A stretch of 64,000 nucleotides of DNA from Thermoplasmata archaeon (GTDB taxonomy: Archaea > Thermoplasmatota > Thermoplasmata > GCA-020350865). The notes beneath the pieces are model-generated. The model had not been told where the DNA came from, made no database searches, and saw nothing but the letters and a program-made list of their open reading frames with translations. Shown here one piece after another: positions 27,312 through 38,534 of the stretch. The first letter of the stretch is position 1. Each line of letters opens with the position of its first letter. A program made the position numbers and the translations under genes. The stretch is from the NCBI GenBank assembly GCA_020348445.1, contig CP070751.1:3755189-3819188 (forward strand). The letters are read 5' to 3'.

Positions 27312-30300
27312 CTAGTTCACCTCCTTTACAGCAGCAACAACCTGTGCAATAAGTTGCTCGTCAGTGAACTGTTTAATAGAGGCTGCCTTCTCGGGACAAC
27401 TTGCAGCGCATGTCCCACAGCCTTTGCAGAGCACTTCGGTTACCCTTGCTATACCATTTTCATCTTTTTCGATTGCATTGAAGGGACATATGACCACGCA
27501 CGTTCCGCATCCTGAACATATATCTTCATCTATACTGGAAACCATTCCTTCAGCTTCCAAGGTTTTCTTGGAAAGTATTGTTGCGGCTCTGGAAACAGCT
27601 GCACTTGCCTGGGATACACATTCCTCAAAGAATTTCGGTGAATGGGCAAGCCCGCATAGGAATATACCCTCTGTTGCAAATTCAACTGGACGAAGTTTCA
27701 TGTGGGCTTCCAAGAAGAATTTATGTTTGGAAAGGGGCACCTTCAACATCTGTGCCAAATCAGCATTATCTGGGTGAGGGATAGTGGCTGCACTCAAAAC
27801 TAAAACGTCGGGTTTGATTGTTATTTCCTCTCCTAAAAAGGGCTCCCAGATCTTCACCTCCAATCCCTTCTTATCAGCAACCTTTGGCTTGGTTTCGTCA
27901 TCGTATCTTATGAACTTGACTCCATTTTTTGCAGCCTCCTCGTAGAATACCTCGCTGAATCCATATGTTCTTATATCCTTGAATAAGACATAAACACTCG
28001 TTGCTGGATTCATTTCCTTGACCTTCAAGGCGTTCTTCACGGCCTCGGTGCAGCATACCCTGCTGCAATATGGTCTCTCATCATTTCTGCAGCCAACGCA
28101 TTGAATCATCACAACTGTGTCTGCATCCATCTTCTTCTTTGCCAGCTTTCCTTCAAATTCCAGTTGAGTCATTACGTTGTCGTTCTCCCCGTAAAGGTAC
28201 TCTTTTGGTTTGTGCTCCATCCCTCCCGTGGCAACTATCACTATACCATGCTCGATTTCCTTTTCTTCGCCATTTTGGTCGATTGTTGTCTTGAAGTTTC
28301 CGATGTAACCAGATATATCCTTTACTGTGCTGTTTGTAAACACATGAATCTTCTTATCTGAATTTACGTTTTTAATCAATTCCTTCAGTTTTTTCTGGAC
28401 ATCCTTTTTTTCACCCACCATTTCATAGTGGACCCTCTTCATGAGGCCTCCAAGTTCGTTTTCTCTTTCCACAATGAACGCCTCGAAACCTTGTTTTGAA
28501 AGCTCCTGTGCCGCTGTGATACCAGAAAGACCACCGCCTATAACAAGACCTGATGGTTTGACTTCAATTGGGACCCTTGTGAGAGGTTCTAATAATCCTG
28601 CCTTTGCCACCACCATTCGAACCAGGTCTTTTGCCTTCTGTGTGGCTTTTGCAGGTTCATGCATGTGAACCCATGAGCATTGGTCACGAATATTTGCCAT
28701 CTCGAATAAATAAGGATTCAGGCCCGCTTCTGCACACGTATTTTGGAATAAGGGTTGATGGGTTCTTGGAGTACAGGAAGCCACAATAACCCTGTTTAGA
28801 TTGTTCTCTTCAATTTTCTCTCGTATTTTTTTCTGGGTATCCTGTGAACATGTATACAAATTGTTCTCTGCATAAGCAACATTCGGTAGGGTCTTTGCAT
28901 ATTCCACGACACCAGGCACATCCACAACCCCGCCTATGTTGATTCCGCAGTGGCATATGAAGACACCTATGCGCGGCTCCTCACCACTTACTTCTTTTTC
29001 AGGGGGGTATTCCTTTACTGTAACCAGTTTCCCCCTCTCGGAAGCGATGACAGAAGATGCTTTAGCCGCAGCACCACTAGCCTCTGATACACTATCGGGA
29101 ATGTCCTTTGGAGCCCCGAATGCTCCACCCACAAATATACCAGGTTTGGAGGTTTCCAGTGGTGAGAACAGAATGTCTGTTGAGCAAAAATCATATGGAT
29201 TTAATTGTACCCCAAGTTTTTCTGAAAGGTCCTTTGCATCCTTTGGTGCCGTCATGCCAACGGCAAGGGCAACCATATCGAAGACCTCCGAGACAAGGTT
29301 ACCCTTGTCTATAAAGGTCACCAGCAGATTATTTGTGATAGGATCCTCTGCAATGGATGATATTCTATTGTTTTTAACAAATCTAATGCCGTGTTCTTTT
29401 TCTGCCCTCACATAATAATCGTCGAACTCCTTTCCAAAGGCTCTCATATCCATGAAGAATATGGTGGCTTCCAAACCTGGATTATGCTCTTGAGCAATAA
29501 CAGCCTCCTTTATCGCGAACATACAGCATACTGAAGAACAGTAGGGATTACCTATGCTTCTATCCCTGGAACCAACACATTGAACGAAGGCTATCTTCTT
29601 TACCACTTCACCGTCTGAGGGTCTTAATACTAATCCGCCAAACGGACCCGTTGCAGAAAGCATTCTCTCAAGTTCAAGGCTTGATACAACGTTTGGAAAT
29701 CGACCATAACCGTATTCTTTTCTTTTTTGAACTAAATCGAACTCGTCAAAACCAGGGGAAAGAATGATTGATCCCACTTCCAATACCTTTGTTTCGGGCT
29801 CCTGGCTGTAAACTATGGCCCCGGCTTTGCAAAGTCTCTCACAGTTACCGCAACCAATGCAGTAATCCTTGTCTATTGAAAAAATCAGTGGTACGGCTTG
29901 GGGGTATTTGACAAATATGGCTTTGCGGACTTTTAATCCTTTATTGTATTCGTCCACCACCTCCACAGGGCATTTTTGTGTACAAATGCCGCACCCTGTA
30001 CATTTGCTTTCATCTATGAATCTCGACTTTTTGGAAACAGTGACCTTGAAATTTCCTGCTTTTCCCTCGATTTTGTCGATGGTTGAATTGGTAATCAAAT
30101 CTATGTTCCTATGTCGTCCAGTTTCCACCAATTTTGGGGCCATTATACACATTGCACAGTCATTTGTTGGGAATGTTTTGTCAAGCTGGGCCATGGCTCC
30201 ACCAATACTAGGACTCTTGTCCACAAGATAGACTCGATATCCTGAATCCGCCAGATCCAATGAGGACTGCATCCCTGCAATACCGCCTCCGACGACCATA

Positions 30301-30323
30301 ACTGCTCCAACAGAGTCTGTCAT
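27312..30323 (-). CDS. hdrA: HdrA-like flavoprotein, two-module long form (1003 aa)
   Basis: Same motif set as 23506..26523; roughly 55% identity estimated by eye. Confidence 0.9.
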   Translation of the reverse strand: MTDSVGAVMVVGGGIAGMQSSLDLADSGYRVYLVDKSPSIGGAMAQLDKTFPTNDCAMCIMAPKLVETGRHRNIDLITNSTIDKIEGKAGNFKVTVSKKSRFIDESKCTGCGICTQKCPVEVVDEYNKGLKVRKAIFVKYPQAVPLIFSIDKDYCIGCGNCERLCKAGAIVYSQEPETKVLEVGSIILSPGFDEFDLVQKRKEYGYGRFPNVVSSLELERMLSATGPFGGLVLRPSDGEVVKKIAFVQCVGSRDRSIGNPYCSSVCCMFAIKEAVIAQEHNPGLEATIFFMDMRAFGKEFDDYYVRAEKEHGIRFVKNNRISSIAEDPITNNLLVTFIDKGNLVSEVFDMVALAVGMTAPKDAKDLSEKLGVQLNPYDFCSTDILFSPLETSKPGIFVGGAFGAPKDIPDSVSEASGAAAKASSVIASERGKLVTVKEYPPEKEVSGEEPRIGVFICHCGINIGGVVDVPGVVEYAKTLPNVAYAENNLYTCSQDTQKKIREKIEENNLNRVIVASCTPRTHQPLFQNTCAEAGLNPYLFEMANIRDQCSWVHMHEPAKATQKAKDLVRMVVAKAGLLEPLTRVPIEVKPSGLVIGGGLSGITAAQELSKQGFEAFIVERENELGGLMKRVHYEMVGEKKDVQKKLKELIKNVNSDKKIHVFTNSTVKDISGYIGNFKTTIDQNGEEKEIEHGIVIVATGGMEHKPKEYLYGENDNVMTQLEFEGKLAKKKMDADTVVMIQCVGCRNDERPYCSRVCCTEAVKNALKVKEMNPATSVYVLFKDIRTYGFSEVFYEEAAKNGVKFIRYDDETKPKVADKKGLEVKIWEPFLGEEITIKPDVLVLSAATIPHPDNADLAQMLKVPLSKHKFFLEAHMKLRPVEFATEGIFLCGLAHSPKFFEECVSQASAAVSRAATILSKKTLEAEGMVSSIDEDICSGCGTCVVICPFNAIEKDENGIARVTEVLCKGCGTCAASCPEKAASIKQFTDEQLIAQVVAAVKEVN

Positions 30324-31105
30324 GCCTCCACCTCCTGGGTTTGAGCTAGGTACATTGGTGTTGTACCTTCGATACCCTCTAGTCTAATCAGATTCCTGTC
30401 CCTCAATGTAACGATATGTTTAAGAATGTCCCTTGAAGGGACTTTCATCTTATCAGCAAGCCCTTTGACAGATTGTGGTTTGTCTTTAGCTAGAAGAAGG
30501 ATTCTTGTACGTACGAGCTCTTCATCGATTGCATTTTCCATCAACTCATCTATCCTTTCCTGGGGTATTTTTTCATCATAGACGTTTTCCTTTTCAACCA
30601 GAGCAAGCTCTTTGCCAACAAGTGTTCTTAACCTGAAATCTTCTACAGCGTTTCTTGCGGCATAAAGGGATTCCATGATTAGCAAATTGGGTTTCTCTCC
30701 AGCTACTGGATTTGGTCCCAAGGATCTGACCTGTTCTGTGAAATCCCTCATGGTCTTGGCAAATCTCTCACCTTCGGAGGCGGCTATCCATTCAAGGCTT
30801 AATCTCTCTGGTTCGAGACCGGACTTTGCAAGGACCTTCTTCAGCATTTTCACTCTCCTCTCAGTATGATAATTCCCCTCCATGTAATGGCAATCACCTG
30901 GGTGACATCCGCCAATGAGCACCCCGTCAGCACCTTGGATGAACATCTCGATAACAAACAGGGGATCAACCCTACCGGAGCACATCACCCTCACGATTCT
31001 GATATTGGGTGGATACTGAAATCTGCTAACACCTGCCAAATCTGCTCCTGCGTAACTACACCAATTGCACAAGAAACCAACAATCTTCGGTTCAAATGCC
31101 TTCAT
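30320..31105 (-). CDS. mvhD: MvhD-type protein with C-terminal wHTH-like extension (261 aa)
   Basis: MvhD core plus C-terminal SVKGLADKMKVPSRDILKHIVTLRDRNLIRLEGIEGTTPMY. Confidence 0.8.
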   Translation of the reverse strand: MKAFEPKIVGFLCNWCSYAGADLAGVSRFQYPPNIRIVRVMCSGRVDPLFVIEMFIQGADGVLIGGCHPGDCHYMEGNYHTERRVKMLKKVLAKSGLEPERLSLEWIAASEGERFAKTMRDFTEQVRSLGPNPVAGEKPNLLIMESLYAARNAVEDFRLRTLVGKELALVEKENVYDEKIPQERIDELMENAIDEELVRTRILLLAKDKPQSVKGLADKMKVPSRDILKHIVTLRDRNLIRLEGIEGTTPMYLAQTQEVEA

Positions 31106-31128
31106 CTTCTACACCCCTATTTTTATTA

Positions 31129-31413
31129 TCACTCATCCTCCACTCCCGACATCAATCCTCTTACACAAACTGAGAAATTACATGAATCTGATCTTGCCCT
31201 CTCACAGTAATGACATCTTAAAGTCAGAAGCACTTCTCTTACGATCCATTCCTTTGTCTCGTCATCAACATCTGGAAGGTTCTTTTTAATCTCCATAATA
31301 CTTTTACTCTGTACATCCTTCCATTTTGGTTGTGTTGATAGGTGCATTCTCTTTTTCCATGCATTCCTCATCTCTTCGATCTTCTTTTGTTCTTCTTCGT
31401 TTAATTCACTCAA
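31129..31413 (-). CDS. Conserved small Cys4 protein (uncharacterised family; 4 paralogs in window)
   Basis: C-terminal block VLLTLRCHYCERARSDSCNFSVCVRGLMSG (CxxCx7Cx4C). Preceded by LPD(V/I)D(D/E)ETK. The stop overlaps the hdrA start. Confidence 0.6.
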   Translation of the reverse strand: MSELNEEEQKKIEEMRNAWKKRMHLSTQPKWKDVQSKSIMEIKKNLPDVDDETKEWIVREVLLTLRCHYCERARSDSCNFSVCVRGLMSGVEDE

Positions 31414-34400
31414 GTTGATCCCTCCTTTAGGGCAGCAATGGCCTGAGAGAGAAGTTGAATGTCGGTGAAATGTGCAATATCTATGGCCTTCTCAGGGCAT
31501 GCTGCGCCACAAGTCCCGCATCCCTTGCATAGAACCTCGGCTACCTTTGCCTTCAATTCTTCCATATCAACTCTAATTGCACCATATGGACATACCATCT
31601 CGCAGGTTCCACACCCTGTACATTTATCCTCGTTAACTGAAGATACAGTGCCTTCCACAAAGAGTTTTTCCTTGGATAGGATGGTGGCTGCTCTTGATAC
31701 TGCTGCACTTGATTGAGCAACACATTCCTCGAAGAATTTTGGTGAATGAGCAAGACCACAAAGGAATATACCTTCTGTTGCAAATTCTACTGGGCGAAGT
31801 TTCATATGTGCTTCCAAAAAGAATTTGTGCTTGCTGAGGGGGACCTTCAATATCTGTGCCAAATCTGTATTATCCGTGTGAGGGATCGTTGCTGCACTCA
31901 GAATTAATAGGTCTGGTCGAAGCACCAGGTCCTCGTTAAGGAATTGCTCTTTGATCTTTACCTCAATTCCTTTTTTATCGCTTACCTTGGGCTTTGTTTC
32001 ATCATCGTATCTAATGAACTTTATACCCTTTCTCGCTGCTTCCTCATAAAATATCTCGCTGAATCCATAGGTTCTGATGTCCTTGAATAGAACATATATG
32101 TTTGCATCTGGTTTTAATTCCTTTATGTTCAAGGCGTTTTTCACCGCCTCGGTACAGCAAACCCTGCTGCAATAAGGTCTCTCTGGCGTTCTGGAACCTA
32201 CACATTGAATCATCACTATCGTGTTTGCATCGATTTTTTGCTCTTTAGCCATTTTTTCTTCCAGCTCGAGCTGAGTTAGAACGTTTTCGTTTTTACCATA
32301 GAGGTATTCAGAGGGCTTGTACTCCTCCCCTCCAGTAGAGACTATGACGATTCCATGTTCGATTTCCTTATCTTCACCGTTATGATCTATTATTGTTTTG
32401 AAGTTGCCAATATATCCGGATACATCTTTTACAGTGCTATTTGTGAATACATGGATTCTTTCATCAGAATCGATGTTCATGACGATTTCTTTCAATTTCT
32501 TTTGTATGTCTTTTTGCTCGCCCATTAATTCGTGATGTATTCTCTTCATGAGTCCTCCAAGCTCATTCTCTCTCTCAACGATAAAGGCTTCATAACCTTG
32601 TTTGGATAGTTCCAAGGCTGAATTCATACCGCTTATCCCACCACCTATGACCAAGGCAGATGGTTTTACTTCAATGGGAACCTTTGGCAATGGTGAATTC
32701 AATCTTGCCTTGGTTACAGCCATTCTAACTAAATCCTTTGCTTTCTCTGTAGCGGCATCAGGTTCTCGCATATGAACCCATGAGCACTGATCACGAATAT
32801 TAGCCATCTCGAAAAGATACGGATTTAATCCTGCTTCTGCCACCGTATTTTGGAACAATGGTTGATGGGTCCTTGGGGTGCAAGAAGCCACTATCACCCT
32901 ATTCAGCCCATGCTCCTCGATTTTTTCTTTTATCTTTTGTTGAGTATCCTGTGAGCAGGTGTAAAGGTTATTCTCAGCATATGCTACGTTCGGCATAGTT
33001 TTTGCATACTCAACCACATCGGGTACATCCACTACACCGCCGATGTTGATGCCACAATGACAAACAAAAACGCCTATACGAGGTTCCTCCTCACCTATCT
33101 CTCTCTCAGGCGGGTACTCCTTTACAGTTACCAATTTCCCCCGCTCAGAGGAAATAACTGACGATGCTTTTGCTGCCGCGCCACTTGCCTCTGATACACT
33201 GTCGGGAATGTCCTTTGGTGCCCCAAATGCCCCACCAACAAATATTCCTGGGCGTGAGGTCTCTAACGGGGAAAATAAAATATCTGTTGAGCAAAAATTA
33301 TATTCATTCAAATCTACATTAAGCTTCTCGCTGAGGTTCTTTGCATCTTTAGGTGCCGTCATCCCAACTGCAAGTGTTACGAGGTCGAACTCTTCTGTGA
33401 CAAGTTCCCCCTCTTCGATATAGTTTATAATCAAATTATTGGTATTTGGATTTTCAGCGATTGCGGATATCCTATTGTTCTTTACGAACCTTATACCGTG
33501 CTCTTTCTCAGCTCTGATATAATAATCATCGAACTCCTTACCAAAGGCTCGCATGTCCATGAAGAATATAGTGGCTTCCAACCCAGGGTTATGTTCCTGA
33601 GCTATCACCGCCTCTTTTATTGCGAACATACAGCATACAGAGGAGCAGTATGGATTGCCAATTGATCTATCGCGGGAACCAACGCACTGGATGAACGCCA
33701 TCTTCTTTGAGACCTTTCCGTCAGAAGGTCTTAGAACCAGTCCCCCATAAGGACCTGTTGCGCTCAACATGCGCTCTAGCTCAAGACTTGATACCACATT
33801 CAGATATTTTCCATAACCGTACTCTTTGCGTTTTTTGGTGAGGTCGAACTCATCGAAGCCTGGCGTGACGATAATAGAGCCCACCTCCAGTTGCATTTTT
33901 TCCTCGGTTTGATCATACGCAATGGCCCCTGCTCCACAAACCTCGGAGCAGACGCCGCATCCGATACATATATCCTTATCGATAGCATACACTGACGGCA
34001 CAGCTTGGGGATACCTAACAAAAATTGCTTTTCTAAGTTTGAATCCTTTATTGTACTCATCTGGCACCTCAACGGGGCATCTTTGGGTACATATTCCACA
34101 ACCCGTACATTTTGTCTCATCCACTCGTCGAGAGTGTTTTGATATAGTGACCGTAAAATGCCCTGCATCACCCACAACCTCTTCCATATCTGCGTTGGTT
34201 ATCAACTTAATATTTTGATGTCTTCCCGTCTCTACCAATTTTGGAGCCATTATACACATGGCACAATCGTTGGTAGGGAAAGTTTTATCCAATTGGGACA
34301 TAGCCCCTCCGATGGTTGGTGATTTTTCCAATAAATATACTTTAAATCCTGAATCCGCTAGATCAAGAGATGATTGCATGCCGGAAATTCCTCCTCCGAT

Positions 34401-34433
34401 GACCAAGACCGCACCAACTTTGTCGTTGCTCAT
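31410..34433 (-). CDS. hdrA: HdrA-like flavoprotein, two-module long form (1007 aa)
   Basis: Same motif architecture. Closest paralog of 27312..30323. Confidence 0.9.
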   Translation of the reverse strand: MSNDKVGAVLVIGGGISGMQSSLDLADSGFKVYLLEKSPTIGGAMSQLDKTFPTNDCAMCIMAPKLVETGRHQNIKLITNADMEEVVGDAGHFTVTISKHSRRVDETKCTGCGICTQRCPVEVPDEYNKGFKLRKAIFVRYPQAVPSVYAIDKDICIGCGVCSEVCGAGAIAYDQTEEKMQLEVGSIIVTPGFDEFDLTKKRKEYGYGKYLNVVSSLELERMLSATGPYGGLVLRPSDGKVSKKMAFIQCVGSRDRSIGNPYCSSVCCMFAIKEAVIAQEHNPGLEATIFFMDMRAFGKEFDDYYIRAEKEHGIRFVKNNRISAIAENPNTNNLIINYIEEGELVTEEFDLVTLAVGMTAPKDAKNLSEKLNVDLNEYNFCSTDILFSPLETSRPGIFVGGAFGAPKDIPDSVSEASGAAAKASSVISSERGKLVTVKEYPPEREIGEEEPRIGVFVCHCGINIGGVVDVPDVVEYAKTMPNVAYAENNLYTCSQDTQQKIKEKIEEHGLNRVIVASCTPRTHQPLFQNTVAEAGLNPYLFEMANIRDQCSWVHMREPDAATEKAKDLVRMAVTKARLNSPLPKVPIEVKPSALVIGGGISGMNSALELSKQGYEAFIVERENELGGLMKRIHHELMGEQKDIQKKLKEIVMNIDSDERIHVFTNSTVKDVSGYIGNFKTIIDHNGEDKEIEHGIVIVSTGGEEYKPSEYLYGKNENVLTQLELEEKMAKEQKIDANTIVMIQCVGSRTPERPYCSRVCCTEAVKNALNIKELKPDANIYVLFKDIRTYGFSEIFYEEAARKGIKFIRYDDETKPKVSDKKGIEVKIKEQFLNEDLVLRPDLLILSAATIPHTDNTDLAQILKVPLSKHKFFLEAHMKLRPVEFATEGIFLCGLAHSPKFFEECVAQSSAAVSRAATILSKEKLFVEGTVSSVNEDKCTGCGTCEMVCPYGAIRVDMEELKAKVAEVLCKGCGTCGAACPEKAIDIAHFTDIQLLSQAIAALKEGST

Positions 34434-34741
34434 TAATAAATCCCCCCTATTTCTCTTCCTGACATAAGTCCTCGGATACAGATTGAGAAGTTACATTGAT
34501 CTGTTCTTGCCCGCTCGCAACTATGGCATCTTAAAGTTAACAAAAGTTCTCGGGTTATCTTTTTCTTTGTTTCCTCGTCGATGTCTGGGAGACTTGTTTT
34601 ACAAAGTTGTATGATCTTATTTTGTGTTTGTCCCCAACTTGGTATGGTGGATATACGGCTTTTGTAATCCCATCTGCTTCTTATTTCATCAACAGTTTTC
34701 TTATCCTTTTTGCTCAATTCGCTTTTAGTGTTCTTGGTCAC
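34433..34741 (-). CDS. Conserved small Cys4 protein (paralog)
   Basis: ..LPDIDEETKKKITRELLLTLRCHSCERARTDQCNFSICIRGLMSG. Overlaps the mvhD stop upstream and the hdrA start downstream. Confidence 0.6.
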   Translation of the reverse strand: MTKNTKSELSKKDKKTVDEIRSRWDYKSRISTIPSWGQTQNKIIQLCKTSLPDIDEETKKKITRELLLTLRCHSCERARTDQCNFSICIRGLMSGREIGGIY

Positions 34742-35523
34742 TTTATCCCCTCCTCTACTGCTAAATATAAAGGAGTATCATTGTCAATCCTGTCAAGCAT
34801 CACCAGACCTCGGTCCCTTAACGTCACAATATGTTGTAATACTCGATTGGGGGGAAGTTCTAGGCGCTGAGCCAGTTCATCTACTGATAACGCTTCATCC
34901 CTAACTTCAAAAATAATACTACATCTATCTAATTCATAATTGATGGCGGCGTCAAGTACGGTGTCTATTTCCTCCTGAGGAACTTTCTCATTGTATACAT
35001 TTCCTTCCATAACCAAATCCAATTCTCTTGAAACAAGTAACTTCAATCTAAAGTCCTTCACAGCATTTTTTGCTGCAAATAATGCCTTAAGAATATCAAC
35101 GTTAGGTGTTGTTCCGCTAACGGGTGATGGCCCAATTTCTTTTATTTGCTTTGTGAATTCTCGGATAGTTTCTGCAAATCGTTCGCCTTCGGAAGCAGAA
35201 ATCCATTCTAGTCTGAGTCGCTCCTCTTCAAACCCTATCCTCTTCAATAATTTCTTTGTCAGTTTTACCCTCTTTTCAGCAAAATAATTACCTGTTTGAT
35301 AATGGCAATCTCCAAAATGACATCCACCAACAAGGATCCCATCTGCACCTTGGATGAACATTTCCAAGATAAGAGATGGTTCGACCCTACCACTACACAT
35401 TACCCTTACTATCCTAAGATTTGCAGGATATTGATATCTGCTCACACCTGCCAGATCAGCACCTGCATATGAGCACCAGTTGCATAAAAATCCCAGAATT
35501 TTAGGTTCGAATTTTGTTGCCAT
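34738..35523 (-). CDS. mvhD: MvhD-type protein with C-terminal wHTH-like extension (261 aa)
   Basis: MvhD core plus C-terminal SVDELAQRLELPPNRVLQHIVTLRDRGLVMLDRIDNDTPLY. Confidence 0.8.
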   Translation of the reverse strand: MATKFEPKILGFLCNWCSYAGADLAGVSRYQYPANLRIVRVMCSGRVEPSLILEMFIQGADGILVGGCHFGDCHYQTGNYFAEKRVKLTKKLLKRIGFEEERLRLEWISASEGERFAETIREFTKQIKEIGPSPVSGTTPNVDILKALFAAKNAVKDFRLKLLVSRELDLVMEGNVYNEKVPQEEIDTVLDAAINYELDRCSIIFEVRDEALSVDELAQRLELPPNRVLQHIVTLRDRGLVMLDRIDNDTPLYLAVEEGIK

Positions 35524-38500
35524 TAGATCGCCTCCCTTAAAGCGGCCATGGCTTGTGCAGTAAGTTGTGTTTCAGTGTAGTTCCGAATTGTAATTGCGTT
35601 CTCTGGACATGAACCTGCACAAATACCACAACCCTTACATAGCACTTCCATAACCTTTGCCACCAATTCCTCTTCATCTTTGCGGACAGCACCGTATGGA
35701 CAAACGAACTCGCAGGTTCTGCACCCTATACACAGTTCCTCATCCACGGAGGATACCATTCCTTCGACGAATAGTTTCTCCTTCGAGAGAATTGTGGCGG
35801 CTCTTGAAACTGCTGCACTGGATTGTGAAATGCACTCATTAAAGAATTTTGGTGAATGGGCCAAACCACAAACGAAGATACCATCGGTTGCGAACTCCAC
35901 AGGACGCAGTTTCATATGTGCTTCCAAGAAGAATCCGTCTTTTGTCAATGGAACCTTTAATATCTTTGCTAAATCATAATTATCAGGATTAGGTACTGTT
36001 GCAGCGCTCAATACCAGGTAATCTGGCTTTATAACTACATCCTCATTTAGGAAATGATCATAGACCTTAACTTCCAAGCCATTATCATCCGTAACAACGG
36101 GTTTTGTATTGTCAAAGAATCTAATGAACTGGATACCCTGTCTTGCAGCTTCCTCGTAATATATTTCCCGAAATCCATATGTTCTCATATCCTTGAACAG
36201 GACGAACACGCTGATTTGGGGATTCTTCTCTTTGGCCTTCAACGCATTTTTTACAGCCTCGACACAGCATACCCTACTGCAATACGTTCTGATTTCATCT
36301 CTGCACCCAACACATTGGATCATAACAACAGTCTTGGCATTGGGATCCAATTCATTGTTATAAAGTATATTGTCGAATTCGAGCTGGGTGAGCACTTTAT
36401 CATTTTTTCCGTATAGGAACTCTTTTGGTTGGTATTCGGCACCACCTGAAGCAACGATTATTGCTCCATGTTCAATTTCCTTTTCCTCTCCATTTTGATC
36501 TAAGGTTGTGACGAAGTTACCAACGTAACCGTTTACATCCTTCACCGTTGTATTTTTATAGATTTTGATCTTATCATTTGAATTAACGTTTTCTATGGTC
36601 TTATTAAGCCATGTGGGTATATCCTCTCCTTTCAAACCATAATGCAATCTATTTACCAAACCTCCTAACTCGCTCTCCTTCTCAACAATATGGGCCTCGA
36701 AACCTTGACTTGCCAGCTCCAAAGCCGCATTCATACCTGAGATCCCACCTCCTATAACCAATGCAGATGGTTTTACATCAATGGGCACCTTGGGTAATGC
36801 AGTGCTCAATCTGGCCTTTGCTAAAGCCATTCTTACCAGATCCTTAGCCTTCTCTGTTGCTCTTTCTGGCTCTTCCATATGCACCCATGAGCATTGGTCA
36901 CGAATATTGGCCATCTCGAAAAGATAGGGATTAAGCCCACTTTCTGCCACCGTGTTTTGGAACAGGGGTCCATGGGTTCTAGGAGTGCAGCTTGCCACCA
37001 TTACGCGGTTGAGGTTGTGCTCTTTGATCTTCTCTTTTATATGCTCCTGGGTATCTTGGGAACACGTGTACAGGTTCTCCTCTGCAAATATAACATTGGG
37101 CAAGGTCTTTGCATATTCTACGACCTTAGGAACATTCACAACTCCGCCAATATTTATTCCGCAATGACAGATGAAAGCTCCAATGCGCGGTTCCTCCTCA
37201 CCAACCTCTTTTTCAGGAGGATACTCCTTTACTGTTGTGAGGGTATTTCTTTGGGATGCGATTATACTGGATACTTTGGTTGCGGCACCGCTTGCCTGAG
37301 CCACGCTATCTGGAATATCCTTTGGATCCTGAAATACCCCGCAGACATATATCCCTGGTTTGTTGGTGCTTATGGGGGAGAATATTGTTGTATTGCAGAA
37401 ATCGAAGTCGTTAAGTTCTATTCCCAATTTCTCTCCTAATTCATGGGCTCCCTTTGGTTTTTCCATACCCACAGAAAGAACCACCAAATCAAATTCTTCC
37501 TCCTTTAATTCCCCTCCAAAGATGTATACTATCTTCAGATTCTTTGTTTTGGGCATCTCCTCAACAGAGGAAATGCGATTGTTTGAAACAAACCTAACCT
37601 TATGCTCTTTAGCAGCCCGAATGTAATAATCGTCGAACTCCTTGCCAAAGGCACGCATGTCCATGAAGAATATAGTTGAGCTTAATTCGGGGGTATGCTC
37701 CTGGGCAATCACAGCTTCCTTTATGGCGAACATGCAGCATACTGAGGAGCAGTATGGATTGCCGATGCTTCTGTCCCTTGATCCAACACATTGTATAAAA
37801 GCGATTTTTTGGGCAACTTTTCCATCTGAAGGTCGAAGAACCACACCACCATATGGTCCTGTTGCAGAAAGCATTCTCTCCAGTTCAAGGCTTGATACGA
37901 CGTTGGGAAATCTACCGTAGCCGTACTCCCTTCGCATCGTCCTCAAATCGAACTCTTCAAAACCAGGAGAGACAATAATCGAGCCTACATTCAGATCGAT
38001 TTTTTCCTGTGTTTGTGAGTATTTTATGGCTCCTGCCCTGCATTGGGTCTCACAGATTCCACAACCTATGCAATGGTCTTGGTCTATGCAATGGATAGGC
38101 GGCACAGCCTGTGGATATTTTATATAAACCGCTTTTCTGATCTTAAAGCCCCTGTTATACTCGTCTTTGACCTCCACGGGGCAGCGCTGTGTACAGAGAC
38201 CACAACCTGTACATTTGCTTTCGTCCACATATCTTGGTCTCTTATTGATGGTGACCTTGAAGTTTCCTGCTTCACCTTCCACATTCTCCACATTGGCATT
38301 GGTGATGAGCTTGATATTCTGATGTCTTCCTGTTTCCACAAGTTTGGGAGCCATTATGCACATTGCGCAGTCATTTGTTGGGAAGGTTTTATCCAACTGG
38401 GCCATAGCACCCCCTATACTTGGAGAGTAATCAACGATATAAACATAGAATCCCGAATCAGCCAGATCCAGTGCGGATTGCATACCGGCTATTCCTCCTC

Positions 38501-38534
38501 CAATGACCAGTGCGGCTCCTATAGTTTCATCCAT
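35523..38534 (-). CDS. hdrA: HdrA-like flavoprotein, two-module long form (~1003 aa from MDETIG; the ORF track extends to 38588)
   Basis: Same motif architecture. The likely ATG overlaps the stop of the small Cys4 gene (TGATG). Confidence 0.9.
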   Translation of the reverse strand: MDETIGAALVIGGGIAGMQSALDLADSGFYVYIVDYSPSIGGAMAQLDKTFPTNDCAMCIMAPKLVETGRHQNIKLITNANVENVEGEAGNFKVTINKRPRYVDESKCTGCGLCTQRCPVEVKDEYNRGFKIRKAVYIKYPQAVPPIHCIDQDHCIGCGICETQCRAGAIKYSQTQEKIDLNVGSIIVSPGFEEFDLRTMRREYGYGRFPNVVSSLELERMLSATGPYGGVVLRPSDGKVAQKIAFIQCVGSRDRSIGNPYCSSVCCMFAIKEAVIAQEHTPELSSTIFFMDMRAFGKEFDDYYIRAAKEHKVRFVSNNRISSVEEMPKTKNLKIVYIFGGELKEEEFDLVVLSVGMEKPKGAHELGEKLGIELNDFDFCNTTIFSPISTNKPGIYVCGVFQDPKDIPDSVAQASGAATKVSSIIASQRNTLTTVKEYPPEKEVGEEEPRIGAFICHCGINIGGVVNVPKVVEYAKTLPNVIFAEENLYTCSQDTQEHIKEKIKEHNLNRVMVASCTPRTHGPLFQNTVAESGLNPYLFEMANIRDQCSWVHMEEPERATEKAKDLVRMALAKARLSTALPKVPIDVKPSALVIGGGISGMNAALELASQGFEAHIVEKESELGGLVNRLHYGLKGEDIPTWLNKTIENVNSNDKIKIYKNTTVKDVNGYVGNFVTTLDQNGEEKEIEHGAIIVASGGAEYQPKEFLYGKNDKVLTQLEFDNILYNNELDPNAKTVVMIQCVGCRDEIRTYCSRVCCVEAVKNALKAKEKNPQISVFVLFKDMRTYGFREIYYEEAARQGIQFIRFFDNTKPVVTDDNGLEVKVYDHFLNEDVVIKPDYLVLSAATVPNPDNYDLAKILKVPLTKDGFFLEAHMKLRPVEFATDGIFVCGLAHSPKFFNECISQSSAAVSRAATILSKEKLFVEGMVSSVDEELCIGCRTCEFVCPYGAVRKDEEELVAKVMEVLCKGCGICAGSCPENAITIRNYTETQLTAQAMAALREAI